DNA of 64,000 bases from Candidatus Nanoarchaeia archaeon (GTDB lineage: Archaea > Nanobdellota > Nanobdellia > Woesearchaeales > GW2011-AR9), in assembly GCA_035288985.1 (NCBI GenBank), contig DATDYP010000005.1, positions 1,444-65,443 on the forward strand, given 5' to 3'. A program made the translations under genes and the position numbers. The notes under the pieces were generated by a model. It did no database searches, had not been told where the DNA came from, and was given only the letters and a program-made list of their open reading frames with translations. Shown piece by piece: positions 26,820 to 35,242 of the stretch (positions are counted from its first letter, which is position 1; every line of letters begins with the position of its first letter).

Positions 26820-27356
26820 CTAACACAACTCTCTCTTCAGCATCTTATGAGCATTATTGATTTCTTTGAACTTCTCCAAGTCCCCGCCCATATCGGGATG
26901 CGCTTGTTTAGCCAATTGTTTATAGCTCTTGTTAATGACTTCGATGTCCAGGCAAGTATCTTCCACGCCCAGAATCTTCCGCGCTTCTTGCCGTTGAATC
27001 TCCACATCCCGGTCTTCCATGAAGTCGCGGGCAAATTCTTCTACGGTCTTTTCTTCTTTCAATAAGGCTGCAACTTCCGCTTCAACCACTTTCAAAACCA
27101 CATGCAAGTTCTGTACAAAAGTAGCTCCGCTTCTATAACTAAAATACATGTTTCGACCATCAAAATACCAAGAAGCAGAAGCAGCTCTTTTCATTCTGGC
27201 AATTTTTGGCAAGACTACTTCTACATCATTTTCGGGAATACCTATTTTCTGCAAAGCAGCAATGATACTGTTCTTAAACTGCAACGCCCGCCGATCATAC
27301 GAATCTTTAATCACCAGTTCATTAAATTCATGTCCGCGCAACAGTATCCTGGCCAT
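26820..27356 (-). CDS. J-domain protein (J domain at the C terminus)
   Basis: C-terminal ILGVEDTCLDIEVINKSYKQLAKQAHPDMGGDLEKFKEINNAHKML with an HPD motif. The TGATG junction with the helicase gene favours the ATG at 27356. Confidence 0.65.
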   Translation of the reverse strand: MARILLRGHEFNELVIKDSYDRRALQFKNSIIAALQKIGIPENDVEVVLPKIARMKRAASASWYFDGRNMYFSYRSGATFVQNLHVVLKVVEAEVAALLKEEKTVEEFARDFMEDRDVEIQRQEARKILGVEDTCLDIEVINKSYKQLAKQAHPDMGGDLEKFKEINNAHKMLKRELC

Positions 27357-28774
27357 CAGCGCCTCCGTCCTCTTCGAGGGCCACGCCAACTTCTGTCGAA
27401 ACTGGGCCGACGCTCATGACGTTCATTTCGATGCTCTTGCTGTACTTTCTGGATCTCGGCATAACTGTCCCGTTCGCTGGACTGGAATAGCTGTTTAAGC
27501 AAAGCAGCAACTACAGGTACTGGCGTATTGCTGATCAGAATCTCTTTGGCCAGAGCAGTATATTTTCCTGAAACGTCTGATTTTAAAATAGTATCGAGCT
27601 CTAACTTTAGGTTTTCTATCTTCCTGGCCTTTACTTCTTCAATGGAAGGAACTTCCTGGCGTTGTAATTGACCATGGACTCTTTTTTCCATAGAACGGAA
27701 CTTTCCTTTCTCTGATGGGATCACAAAGGTGATAGCGATCCCTTTTTTTCCAGCTCGGCCGGTTCTTCCAATCCGATGCACATACGATTCTGAACTTTGC
27801 GGCAAGGAATAATTCACAACATGAGTCAGATCATTCACGTCAATACCTCTGGCAGCTACATCTGTAGCTACTAAGATAGTGATCTTCCTGATCCGGAAAG
27901 ACTGCAGAATCCTTTCCCGCTGATCCTGGGAGATATCCCCATGGATAGCCGCAGCGCTATATCCAGCGTGCATTAATTTACGGCTCAGCTCATCTACTTC
28001 AGTTCTGGTTCTGCAGAAAACAATTCCATAGAAATCTTTAGTCAGATCCAGAACTCTGCGCAGGCACTCAAAGCGGTCGCCCGGCCGGACTTCATAATAT
28101 AATTGTTCTGTCAAGGAGGGAGCATGCTGTTGCCGTTCAATTTCCAGCATCACGGGGTCATGCATGAATTTTCTGGCGATGCCAATGATCAGCTTAGGCA
28201 TCGTTGCTGAAAATAAAAGCATCCTTTTTTTTGCATTAGTGTTCTTTAAGATAAGCTCAATATCCTCCAAAAATCCCATGTTCAGCATCTCATCGGCTTC
28301 ATCTAAGACCGCAAAAGAAACCATCGATAAATTCAAGCTTTTTCTCTGCAGCTGATCAATCACGCGCCCAGGTGTTCCTACTACGATGTCAATTCCCTGG
28401 CGTAATTTATCGCGCTGTTCTGAACCAGATGCACCACCATAGACAGCTAACACCCGCAATCGCTTTTTACCCATCAACGATTCAAATTCCTTAGCCACTT
28501 GTAATGCCAGTTCTCGGGTAGGAGTAAGAATGACAGCTTGCACATGCCCGGCATTTTCTTTGATTTTTTCAATTATCGGCAAAGCGAAACCGGCAGTCTT
28601 GCCAGTACCAGTCTGCGATTGAGCGATGATATCGCGCTTGCCTTCCAATAACAGGGGGATGGCTTTTCGCTGAATTTCCGTAGGAGCAGTATATCCTTTC
28701 CTTTGTAAGGCTTGCAGAGCATTCTCCGACAACCCCAATTTTCTAAATTGTTCCATAAGCATATTTTCTATCAT
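27356..28774 (-). CDS. DEAD-box ATP-dependent RNA helicase with R-rich C-terminal tail
   Basis: AQSQTGTGKT, DEAD, SAT and HRIGRTGRAG motifs. Start may be at Met5 or Met7 (28762 or 28756). Confidence 0.9.
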   Translation of the reverse strand: MIENMLMEQFRKLGLSENALQALQRKGYTAPTEIQRKAIPLLLEGKRDIIAQSQTGTGKTAGFALPIIEKIKENAGHVQAVILTPTRELALQVAKEFESLMGKKRLRVLAVYGGASGSEQRDKLRQGIDIVVGTPGRVIDQLQRKSLNLSMVSFAVLDEADEMLNMGFLEDIELILKNTNAKKRMLLFSATMPKLIIGIARKFMHDPVMLEIERQQHAPSLTEQLYYEVRPGDRFECLRRVLDLTKDFYGIVFCRTRTEVDELSRKLMHAGYSAAAIHGDISQDQRERILQSFRIRKITILVATDVAARGIDVNDLTHVVNYSLPQSSESYVHRIGRTGRAGKKGIAITFVIPSEKGKFRSMEKRVHGQLQRQEVPSIEEVKARKIENLKLELDTILKSDVSGKYTALAKEILISNTPVPVVAALLKQLFQSSERDSYAEIQKVQQEHRNERHERRPSFDRSWRGPRRGRRR

Positions 28775-28776
28775 TC

Positions 28777-28785
28777 TTTTATAAA
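28777..28785. promoter_or_regulatory. Palindromic TATA box (ttttataaa) in a 35-nt divergent intergenic region
   Basis: 24 nt upstream of GTG 28810 (mre11-like gene) and 20 nt upstream of ATG 28756 (helicase Met7). A second TATA-like ttataat lies at 28796-28802. Confidence 0.4.
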
Positions 28786-28809
28786 CCTTTGTAAGATTAT
28801 AACCAGTAG

Positions 28810-30105
28810 GTGGTGAAATCTATCGTATCAGGCATTACCACAATCCATAAAAACAGCTCTGCACCCCTCGATCAGATGAAATATGCTCATCTCGCGGATC
28901 TTCATCTTGGCTCCTGGAGGGACCAGAAGATGCGGGATCTTTCAACAACAGCATTCCTCACTGCCATCGACCAGTGCATCCAAAATCAGGTGGATTTTAT
29001 TCTCTTCGCTGGAGATATCTTCAATACCTCTCTGCCTTCTCTGGATACGCTTAAAATCGTTGCCAAAAAACTGAAAGAACTGCAGGACCGGAATATCCCA
29101 CTTTATGTCATCGCCGGATCACATGACTTCTCGCCTAGCGGAAAGACCATGGTCGATGTTCTGGAAAATGCAGGCCTGCTTAAGAATGTCTGTAAAGGTG
29201 TTGTCGACCAAGAGACAAAGGAACTGCATCTGCACTTTACCACCGATCCAAAAACAGGGGCTAGGCTTACAGGAATCTTAGGCCGAAAAGGGCTGTTGGA
29301 CAAGACCTACTACCAAAACCTGCATCGCTCCAACCTGGAACAAGAGCCTGGTTATAAAATCTTCATGTTCCATACTACGGTAAGCGAACTGAAACCAAAA
29401 CATCTGGAAATGCTTGAATCCCATCCGGTATCATTCCTGCCTAAGAATTTCAACTACTATGCTGGTGGCCATATCCATCATCCCAGCAGGATTGAACTTC
29501 CTGAGTATGGGACACTTACCTATCCCGGCGCATTATTCCCCAATAATTTTGCGGAAGTGGAGAAATACAGCCACGGAGGATATTACATCATCACTGTCGA
29601 GAACGGCATCCAGCAAATTCAATGGGAACCTTTAGAAATCATACGGCATGAGCACTATTTCCTGGACTGCAGCTATAAAGTGCCGGCAGTGGTTACAAAC
29701 GAAGTCATTACTTTTTTTCAGAGTAAAGACCTTACCAACACCTTAGTAACGATCCGCCTTTCCGGCTTGCTGCAGAATGGAAATGCTTCTGACATCGATT
29801 TCAAGCGTATTTTTGAGACACTATACCAGCAAGGGGCATATTTTGTGATGAGAAATACCAGCAAGCTTGCCTCAGAAGAGTTTGAGGAAATTAAGATCTC
29901 CACCTCCAACCCAGAGACGATGGAAGAGGAGATCATCAAAGAACACCTGCAGCAGGTTACTCTGTTCGACGCTGAAACGGAATTGCAGTTGACAAAATCA
30001 TTGCTGACCTCACTAAATACCAGCAGGAAGGAAGGGGAAACGATCACCGATTTCCAGAACCGGATCGAGAGCGATGTTGCGAAGTTGTTGAATATTGAGT
30101 TGTAA
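28810..30105 (+). CDS. mre11: Mre11-like DNA repair metallophosphoesterase
   Basis: Phosphoesterase motifs DLHLG, GDIFN, GSHD, GGHIH. Alternative start at ATG 28876. No rad50 follows. Confidence 0.65.
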   Translation: MVKSIVSGITTIHKNSSAPLDQMKYAHLADLHLGSWRDQKMRDLSTTAFLTAIDQCIQNQVDFILFAGDIFNTSLPSLDTLKIVAKKLKELQDRNIPLYVIAGSHDFSPSGKTMVDVLENAGLLKNVCKGVVDQETKELHLHFTTDPKTGARLTGILGRKGLLDKTYYQNLHRSNLEQEPGYKIFMFHTTVSELKPKHLEMLESHPVSFLPKNFNYYAGGHIHHPSRIELPEYGTLTYPGALFPNNFAEVEKYSHGGYYIITVENGIQQIQWEPLEIIRHEHYFLDCSYKVPAVVTNEVITFFQSKDLTNTLVTIRLSGLLQNGNASDIDFKRIFETLYQQGAYFVMRNTSKLASEEFEEIKISTSNPETMEEEIIKEHLQQVTLFDAETELQLTKSLLTSLNTSRKEGETITDFQNRIESDVAKLLNIEL

Positions 30106-30114
30106 AACAGTACA

Positions 30115-30127
30115 AAAATATTTAAAT
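30115..30127 (+). promoter_or_regulatory. TATA box (aaaatatttaaat) for the tRNA-Arg locus
   Basis: Ends 24 nt upstream of the tRNA 5' end at 30152. Confidence 0.5.
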
Positions 30128-30151
30128 GATAATCAAAATTCTTTTACCTAC

Positions 30152-30245
30152 GGACCCGTAGCCTAACCTGGATAGGGCGACAGGACTATAGTCTCGCCAA
30201 AGCCTCCTAAGCTGTAGGTTGTGAGTTCAAATCTCATCGGGTCCG
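30152..30245 (+). tRNA. tRNA-Arg(CCU) with a 19-nt non-canonical intron (30184-30202, between positions 30/31)
   Basis: Acceptor GGACCCG/CGGGTCC, D stem GCCT/GGGC, T arm GTGAG-TTCAAAT-CTCAT. After intron removal the anticodon arm is ACAGC-CTCCTAA-GCTGT (anticodon 30206-08). Confidence 0.75.
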
Positions 30246-30291
30246 CTTTCATAATCCAGCCTCAAGATCTTATGATGAGCTCAAAAGTAAT

Positions 30292-30448
30292 CCTTCTATA
30301 GGATGAAGAGAGTTAACTGAAGATGAGCAAGCTGTAGGTTGTGAGTTCAAATGCCTGCTACACTAGGCGAACGTACTCAAGTGGATCTCTTGCAGAGACC
30401 CACGACATAGCTGTATAATGTAGCAGTTTGAAAGTCTCATCGGGTCCG
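30292..30448 (+). other. tRNA-Arg-like partial copy without a 5' half: UCU anticodon segment plus 3' half, interrupted by an 83-nt T-loop insert (30353-30435)
   Basis: Exact repeats of tRNA-Arg 30209-32 (at 30329-52) and 30233-49 (at 30436-52). CCTTCTA at 30292-98. No acceptor 5' strand, D arm or TATA box. Followed by T5. Confidence 0.4.
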
Positions 30449-30449
30449 C

Positions 30450-30454
30450 TTTTT
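30450..30454 (+). terminator. Oligo-T terminator after the tRNA-Arg locus
   Basis: TTTTT two nt after discriminator base 30448. The first tRNA copy is followed by only TTT. Confidence 0.45.
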
Positions 30455-30480
30455 CTGAATCAAATAAATACTCTAAAACG

Positions 30481-30867
30481 TCAATCAACATCAATCACGA
30501 CAGACCCGGTTTCATCAACTTCAGCCACCCCGTTCCCACCCTTATAGAGGCGGACAAAAAGATCACTAGTTAGAAGACTCCTAACAGGATCAGTCCTGAC
30601 ACTCGCATAGCCAAAGCGTCCAAGACCAAATCGAGTATCCAATTCCAATTTTGCCAGAAGGCCCTGCGATTGCAGGTCTTCTATTGCATCGGCAAGATGA
30701 TCTTCACAGGACTGAGCATATTCAGCTTTATGTCCAGATCCAACTACACTGCACGAGTTAGCTGTTCTAGATATCATTCCCGGGTCAGTAAAATCCCTAC
30801 CTAGTTGATACACCACAGGCTGTTTCCCGTCAGCAGTACAATAGTCGCATAGACTTCTCATTTTCAA
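30481..30867 (-). CDS. Hypothetical protein (128 aa)
   Basis: ORF only. Confidence 0.35.
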   Translation of the reverse strand: MKMRSLCDYCTADGKQPVVYQLGRDFTDPGMISRTANSCSVVGSGHKAEYAQSCEDHLADAIEDLQSQGLLAKLELDTRFGLGRFGYASVRTDPVRSLLTSDLFVRLYKGGNGVAEVDETGSVVIDVD

Positions 30868-31005
30868 TGTCTCTGATAACTTTCAATAATCTTCAGCTGA
30901 AAGAGGGTTACTTTTTAAATGTTAACACCATTTCAGGACAAAATAATAGAAGACAGAACTAGAAAACAAAAGATTTAAATTGTACTTAACAGCTAAAACT
31001 ATAAA

Positions 31006-31350
31006 ATGGAACCATCAGCTAACATCCCTCAGGAAAAGCAGTGTAGAGTTTTACAAGTTCCCACTCTTGATATTGAAGTATTACACCTACTCCGGTCTGC
31101 TAAAACTCTCGCAGGAGAACGGGGATATCATCCCATCAGTGCAGCCGAACCAGGGATTAATGATCTTACCAAAGCGACATATCTATTTGCAACAGTTGAT
31201 GCTGCAAGTGAATTCGGCCGAACTCTTTCTGGGTTAGGAGTTCCATATTCTGTGTTTCCAGCAAGTGAATACAGACGTCTTTCTACTGAGGAAATGAACC
31301 CAGTTATAGGTGCTATATTTTCTGCATTTGCACCTGATACTGATGAATAA
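31006..31350 (+). CDS. Hypothetical protein (114 aa)
   Basis: ORF only. Confidence 0.3.
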   Translation: MEPSANIPQEKQCRVLQVPTLDIEVLHLLRSAKTLAGERGYHPISAAEPGINDLTKATYLFATVDAASEFGRTLSGLGVPYSVFPASEYRRLSTEEMNPVIGAIFSAFAPDTDE

Positions 31351-31433
31351 ATTCTCACCTGTTTCTACAATAAACTAGTTCAAAACAATTCATACCACAA
31401 ATCTTTTTATACTTAAACATCTCCTACGTAACA

Positions 31434-32516
31434 ATGGCCAGTCCTCTTGATTATATGACCCAGGGATCTAGAATATTTCTCACCAGCTGGAAGAATCGCC
31501 TTGCCCCTAAAAAATACAAGGGAACAGCGCAAGAGATCTGCGAAAAAATTGTCAAAGACTGCTGGAACGGACGTTATTTACGCACCTCTACTTCCAATTT
31601 CCCGCAATTCTGGACCCGCGATTTTGGCTGGTGCACCCATTCGTTGTTACAGTTGAAATACGGGGCGGAGGTGCAGCAGACACTACGCTATGCCCTGAAC
31701 AGATTCAGGAAATATAAGAAAATCACCACTACCATAACTCCTCTGGGGAAACCCTTTGACTTTCCAACACCGGCCGTTGATTCGCTGCCCTGGCTGATCC
31801 ATAGCCTCAGACTGGCTAAATTCCCTTACCACTCCTACAAGCCTTTTCTGAACTGGGAAATACAAAAATTCTTCACCAGATTCATTGACCTGAAGACAGG
31901 ATTGGTAAAACCAGACTTGCACGTCTCTTCCCTGAAAGATTTTGCGATCAGGAAAAGCTCCTGCTATGACAACTGCATGGTTGCATTGCTAGCTAGGGAT
32001 CTTGCAGCGATGAAATTAGACAACCCTTTCAGTAAGTACGACTACCAAGGCTTGTTGCTGCACCATTTCTGGAACGGGGAATATTTTTATGATGACCTTA
32101 CCAAGAAAGAGTATGTTGCAGGAGATGCAAATATCTTTCCCTTCCTGCTGGGAATAGTTACAGATACGAAGATGAGGGAATCAGCCCTGGCTAAAATCCA
32201 CCAGGAAGGATTAGATGAACCCTTTCCCTTGAAATACACATCTGGAAGAAGCAAGGTGAAGTTCATCTGGCAGGAGATCTTTCTGCATAATTATGAAGGC
32301 AATGCCATCTGGATGCACATGGGGCCGTTATACGTCAAACTCCTGCAGCAGGTTGACAATAAACGTGCAGAAGAGTATAAACAACGCTACAAGGACCTTA
32401 TCGAGAAGTACGGTAATTTTCTGGAAGTCTTTGACGCAAATGGCAAACCGTTCAGCACGCCCTTCTACCGCTGCGACAGAGGGATGCTCTGGGCTGCCAA
32501 TTATCTGACGTTATGA
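31434..32516 (+). CDS. Six-hairpin glycosidase-like protein (putative glycoside hydrolase)
   Basis: QFWTRDFGW and W/Y-rich helical repeats resemble (alpha/alpha)6-barrel glucosidases. Weak call. Confidence 0.35.
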   Translation: MASPLDYMTQGSRIFLTSWKNRLAPKKYKGTAQEICEKIVKDCWNGRYLRTSTSNFPQFWTRDFGWCTHSLLQLKYGAEVQQTLRYALNRFRKYKKITTTITPLGKPFDFPTPAVDSLPWLIHSLRLAKFPYHSYKPFLNWEIQKFFTRFIDLKTGLVKPDLHVSSLKDFAIRKSSCYDNCMVALLARDLAAMKLDNPFSKYDYQGLLLHHFWNGEYFYDDLTKKEYVAGDANIFPFLLGIVTDTKMRESALAKIHQEGLDEPFPLKYTSGRSKVKFIWQEIFLHNYEGNAIWMHMGPLYVKLLQQVDNKRAEEYKQRYKDLIEKYGNFLEVFDANGKPFSTPFYRCDRGMLWAANYLTL

Positions 32517-32569
32517 CTGAAACAGAAGGGAGAAGTATTGAAAGGGTTGATTAACCCTTTACAAACATA

Positions 32570-32884
32570 TTGTTTATGAATAATCAAACCTTTCAAAGAA
32601 GTGTTTTGAATAGTTTTTCAAAACCCTCTCTTGAATTCTTTGCTGATGATGATCTTTGTGTCAGAATAAACCAAATAGAATTAGCACTTAAAGTAAGTAT
32701 ATTATTTGATGCCGTTAGAGATTACATTCAAGGCCGATCCTCTGATGAGTCTGATGTGAGTACGAGAACAACAGAATTATATAAAGAATTACGCTGGTTG
32801 GTACATAATTATGTTTCTCCTTCTTGGGAAAATCGCAGTATGGAAGCTCTGAAGGAACGCTGGAATTTATACCAAAGGACATAA
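32570..32884 (+). CDS. Hypothetical protein (104 aa)
   Basis: ORF only; AT-rich. Confidence 0.3.
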   Translation: MFMNNQTFQRSVLNSFSKPSLEFFADDDLCVRINQIELALKVSILFDAVRDYIQGRSSDESDVSTRTTELYKELRWLVHNYVSPSWENRSMEALKERWNLYQRT

Positions 32885-32972
32885 ATTTTCGAAGAAAATT
32901 TAAGCCCTTTGTATATATAAAGGAGGGAAATTTTGTTCGAAAATTTCAATCCTTTAGTATAACGCAAAAAAG
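32883..32972. repeat. Imperfect tandem duplication (~45-bp period), each unit containing a TTCGAA-centred near-palindrome
   Basis: Unit 1 is aaattttcgaagaaaatttaagccctttgtata. Unit 2 is aaattttgttcgaaaatttcaatcctttagtata. Confidence 0.45.
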
Positions 32973-33101
32973 ATGGTATGAAAATGATTAATGAAACTGA
33001 GCTAGCTCGCAAAGGATAAAAACCGCTAACCTATAACTATTGTGAATATATATCCTCCAGTATACAAATTATTTAAAACCATTGCCTTTCTTTAAAGCCT
33101 A

Positions 33102-33794
33102 ATGGCCCCTTTATTCTCTATAGTCATCCCTGCCTATAATGAAGAAAAATACATCCGGAAAACACTGCAGAGCATTAAATCGCAGACCTTCCGGGATTTT
33201 GAAATTATTGTTGTCGCCAATGGATGCACTGATAAGACGGAAGAGATTGTCAAAAAAAGAGCCAACAGTGATTTGCGGCTGCTTTCCCTGCCAAAAGCCA
33301 ATGTTTCCGTAGCAAGAAATGCCGGTGCGCTGAATGCAAATGGAAACGTTCTTGTTTTTGTTGATGCAGATACAACCTTGGAAGCAGATTCGCTGAAAAA
33401 GATCAAAGATGAGTTTACTCCCGAGTATGCTGTTGCCACAACTCTGGTTAAGCCGGATCTGGAGAAGATCAAATACAGAGCTGCACTGTCATTCAAGAAT
33501 TTCTACAACAAGACGAAACTGTATCAGGGATGCAGCGGTGTGTTAATCTGCAGGAAAGATGACTTTAAAGCCGTCCAGGGCTACGATCCCAGTATCGTTG
33601 TAAAAGAACATAAAAAATTAATAACTAAATTACACCAGCGGGGAAAATACCGATGCGTCAATACGGAAGCAACAAACTCCATGCGCAGGTTTGAACAATG
33701 GGGGCTGGGAAAAGCCACATCATTCTGGATTTCCCAATGGCTTAAAGATAAATTCAGCAACGTTAAGAACAGCGAGTATGAGACCATACGATGA
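33102..33794 (+). CDS. Family 2 glycosyltransferase
   Basis: SIVIPAYNEEKYI, and DAD in FVDADTTL (DxD). Confidence 0.8.
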   Translation: MAPLFSIVIPAYNEEKYIRKTLQSIKSQTFRDFEIIVVANGCTDKTEEIVKKRANSDLRLLSLPKANVSVARNAGALNANGNVLVFVDADTTLEADSLKKIKDEFTPEYAVATTLVKPDLEKIKYRAALSFKNFYNKTKLYQGCSGVLICRKDDFKAVQGYDPSIVVKEHKKLITKLHQRGKYRCVNTEATNSMRRFEQWGLGKATSFWISQWLKDKFSNVKNSEYETIR

Positions 33795-34363
33795 TCATAA
33801 CCATTTCCGGAACGCCGGGAAGCGGGAAAAGCACCATCGCGCAAATTCTGGCTAAGAAACTTCATGCAGAACGAATATATGTAGGTGGCATACGAAGAGA
33901 ACTAGCGCGGGAGAAGGGTATGACCCTGCTGGAGCTGAATGAGTATGCCAAGACGCATCCTGAAACTGACGTTGATGTGGATAAAAAGGCTGCCGAACAG
34001 GCGCGAAAGCTCCACACAAAGGCAAAGGACGTCATTGTCGAAGGCAGGGTGCAGTTTCATTTCCTGCCAGAATCGGTAAAACTGTTTATCAAAGTCAGTC
34101 CGGAAGAAGGTGCACGAAGAATATGGAAAGAACTGCAGGATGCAGCGGCACAACAACAGCGTAATGAAGGGAAGATTGAATCATTTGAAGCCATGAAAAA
34201 ACGAATTTACCAACGGGAGGAGGAAGATGCTGCTAGATACCAGCAATATTACGGGTTTGACCACCGTGATGAATCGCGGTATGATTTTGTTCTGGACACG
34301 ACAACAATCAGCGCAGAGAATGCTGCTGAAACAATCCTTAAATATCTCAAAAAGAGGGAGTAG
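33791..34363 (+). CDS. cmk: Cytidylate kinase, archaeal type (or related NMP kinase)
   Basis: P-loop ISGTPGSGKST. Size and sequence are typical of archaeal Cmk. ATGA overlap with the upstream gene. Confidence 0.7.
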   Translation: MIITISGTPGSGKSTIAQILAKKLHAERIYVGGIRRELAREKGMTLLELNEYAKTHPETDVDVDKKAAEQARKLHTKAKDVIVEGRVQFHFLPESVKLFIKVSPEEGARRIWKELQDAAAQQQRNEGKIESFEAMKKRIYQREEEDAARYQQYYGFDHRDESRYDFVLDTTTISAENAAETILKYLKKRE

Positions 34364-34364
34364 A

Positions 34365-35174
34365 ATGAATAAACTACTCCTAGCCCTTTCCGGTCTTCTC
34401 GGTTTACAGGCTTTGCCCGGCTGCGCTCCGGAATACCCGCAATATTCTGGAAAATACCAGTTAAACAATGAAGCTACCTACAGCGATCCGTCCTTTGCCG
34501 GTGAGAAGCGGCTGCCCTGGGATCTGACCATTACCCACCGCATGAAATACATCGCCAACACCTGGGACGACCGGCTGCGTTTTGAGTTTACTCCTCAAAA
34601 TCCTGAAACTGAAATTACCGGAGCAGTAGTGTTTGATCTGGAAAATCTCACCCGTGCAGAAGAAAGTTCATTTCCCCACGAATATTTCAAAGGAGAGCTC
34701 ATTTATGCAGAAAAAAAGTATTACGGTGGCGCTTTCTGTAATTCCCAATACCAGTACCATGCCTTTGCAGTATTGATTCCAGGAGGAGATGAACTGGCCA
34801 AGGTCTATCCGGAACGCGGGGAGCATCTCTACACCGAAAACGGCCTGCCTGTCCATGAAACCTTTAATCCTGATGAATTTGAGCCTGATAAAGATGCTAT
34901 TTGCGGCTGGTATGATGCCATCGAACAAAATGGAGGCGTAATCACACTCGATTTTTTAATATCCAGGAACATCAAGGATACTCGCACTGGCTGTGACGAA
35001 GACAGCTATCTCCCTTATGACGATAGAGGGAGGGAATCGCTGAGAGCAACCTACCACTCCACGGAACTTCATGATGAGGAAGATCCACGCGTAGGATATG
35101 AGTCCCTGCCTGATAATACTATTCCCTCAATTGATTTGTTTAAGGAAGTTATATCCGGAGTTAGGGATTTATGA
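34365..35174 (+). CDS. Lipoprotein, function unknown
   Basis: Signal/lipobox MNKLLLALSGLLGLQALPGC. ATG at 34365 preferred over the ORF-track start at 34227. Confidence 0.5.
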   Translation: MNKLLLALSGLLGLQALPGCAPEYPQYSGKYQLNNEATYSDPSFAGEKRLPWDLTITHRMKYIANTWDDRLRFEFTPQNPETEITGAVVFDLENLTRAEESSFPHEYFKGELIYAEKKYYGGAFCNSQYQYHAFAVLIPGGDELAKVYPERGEHLYTENGLPVHETFNPDEFEPDKDAICGWYDAIEQNGGVITLDFLISRNIKDTRTGCDEDSYLPYDDRGRESLRATYHSTELHDEEDPRVGYESLPDNTIPSIDLFKEVISGVRDL

Positions 35175-35242
35175 GATGATGGTGAGGTTTAAGAAACTAG
35201 CATAATAAAACTTATAAAGTTCTCTTTAAATAACACTATTTT

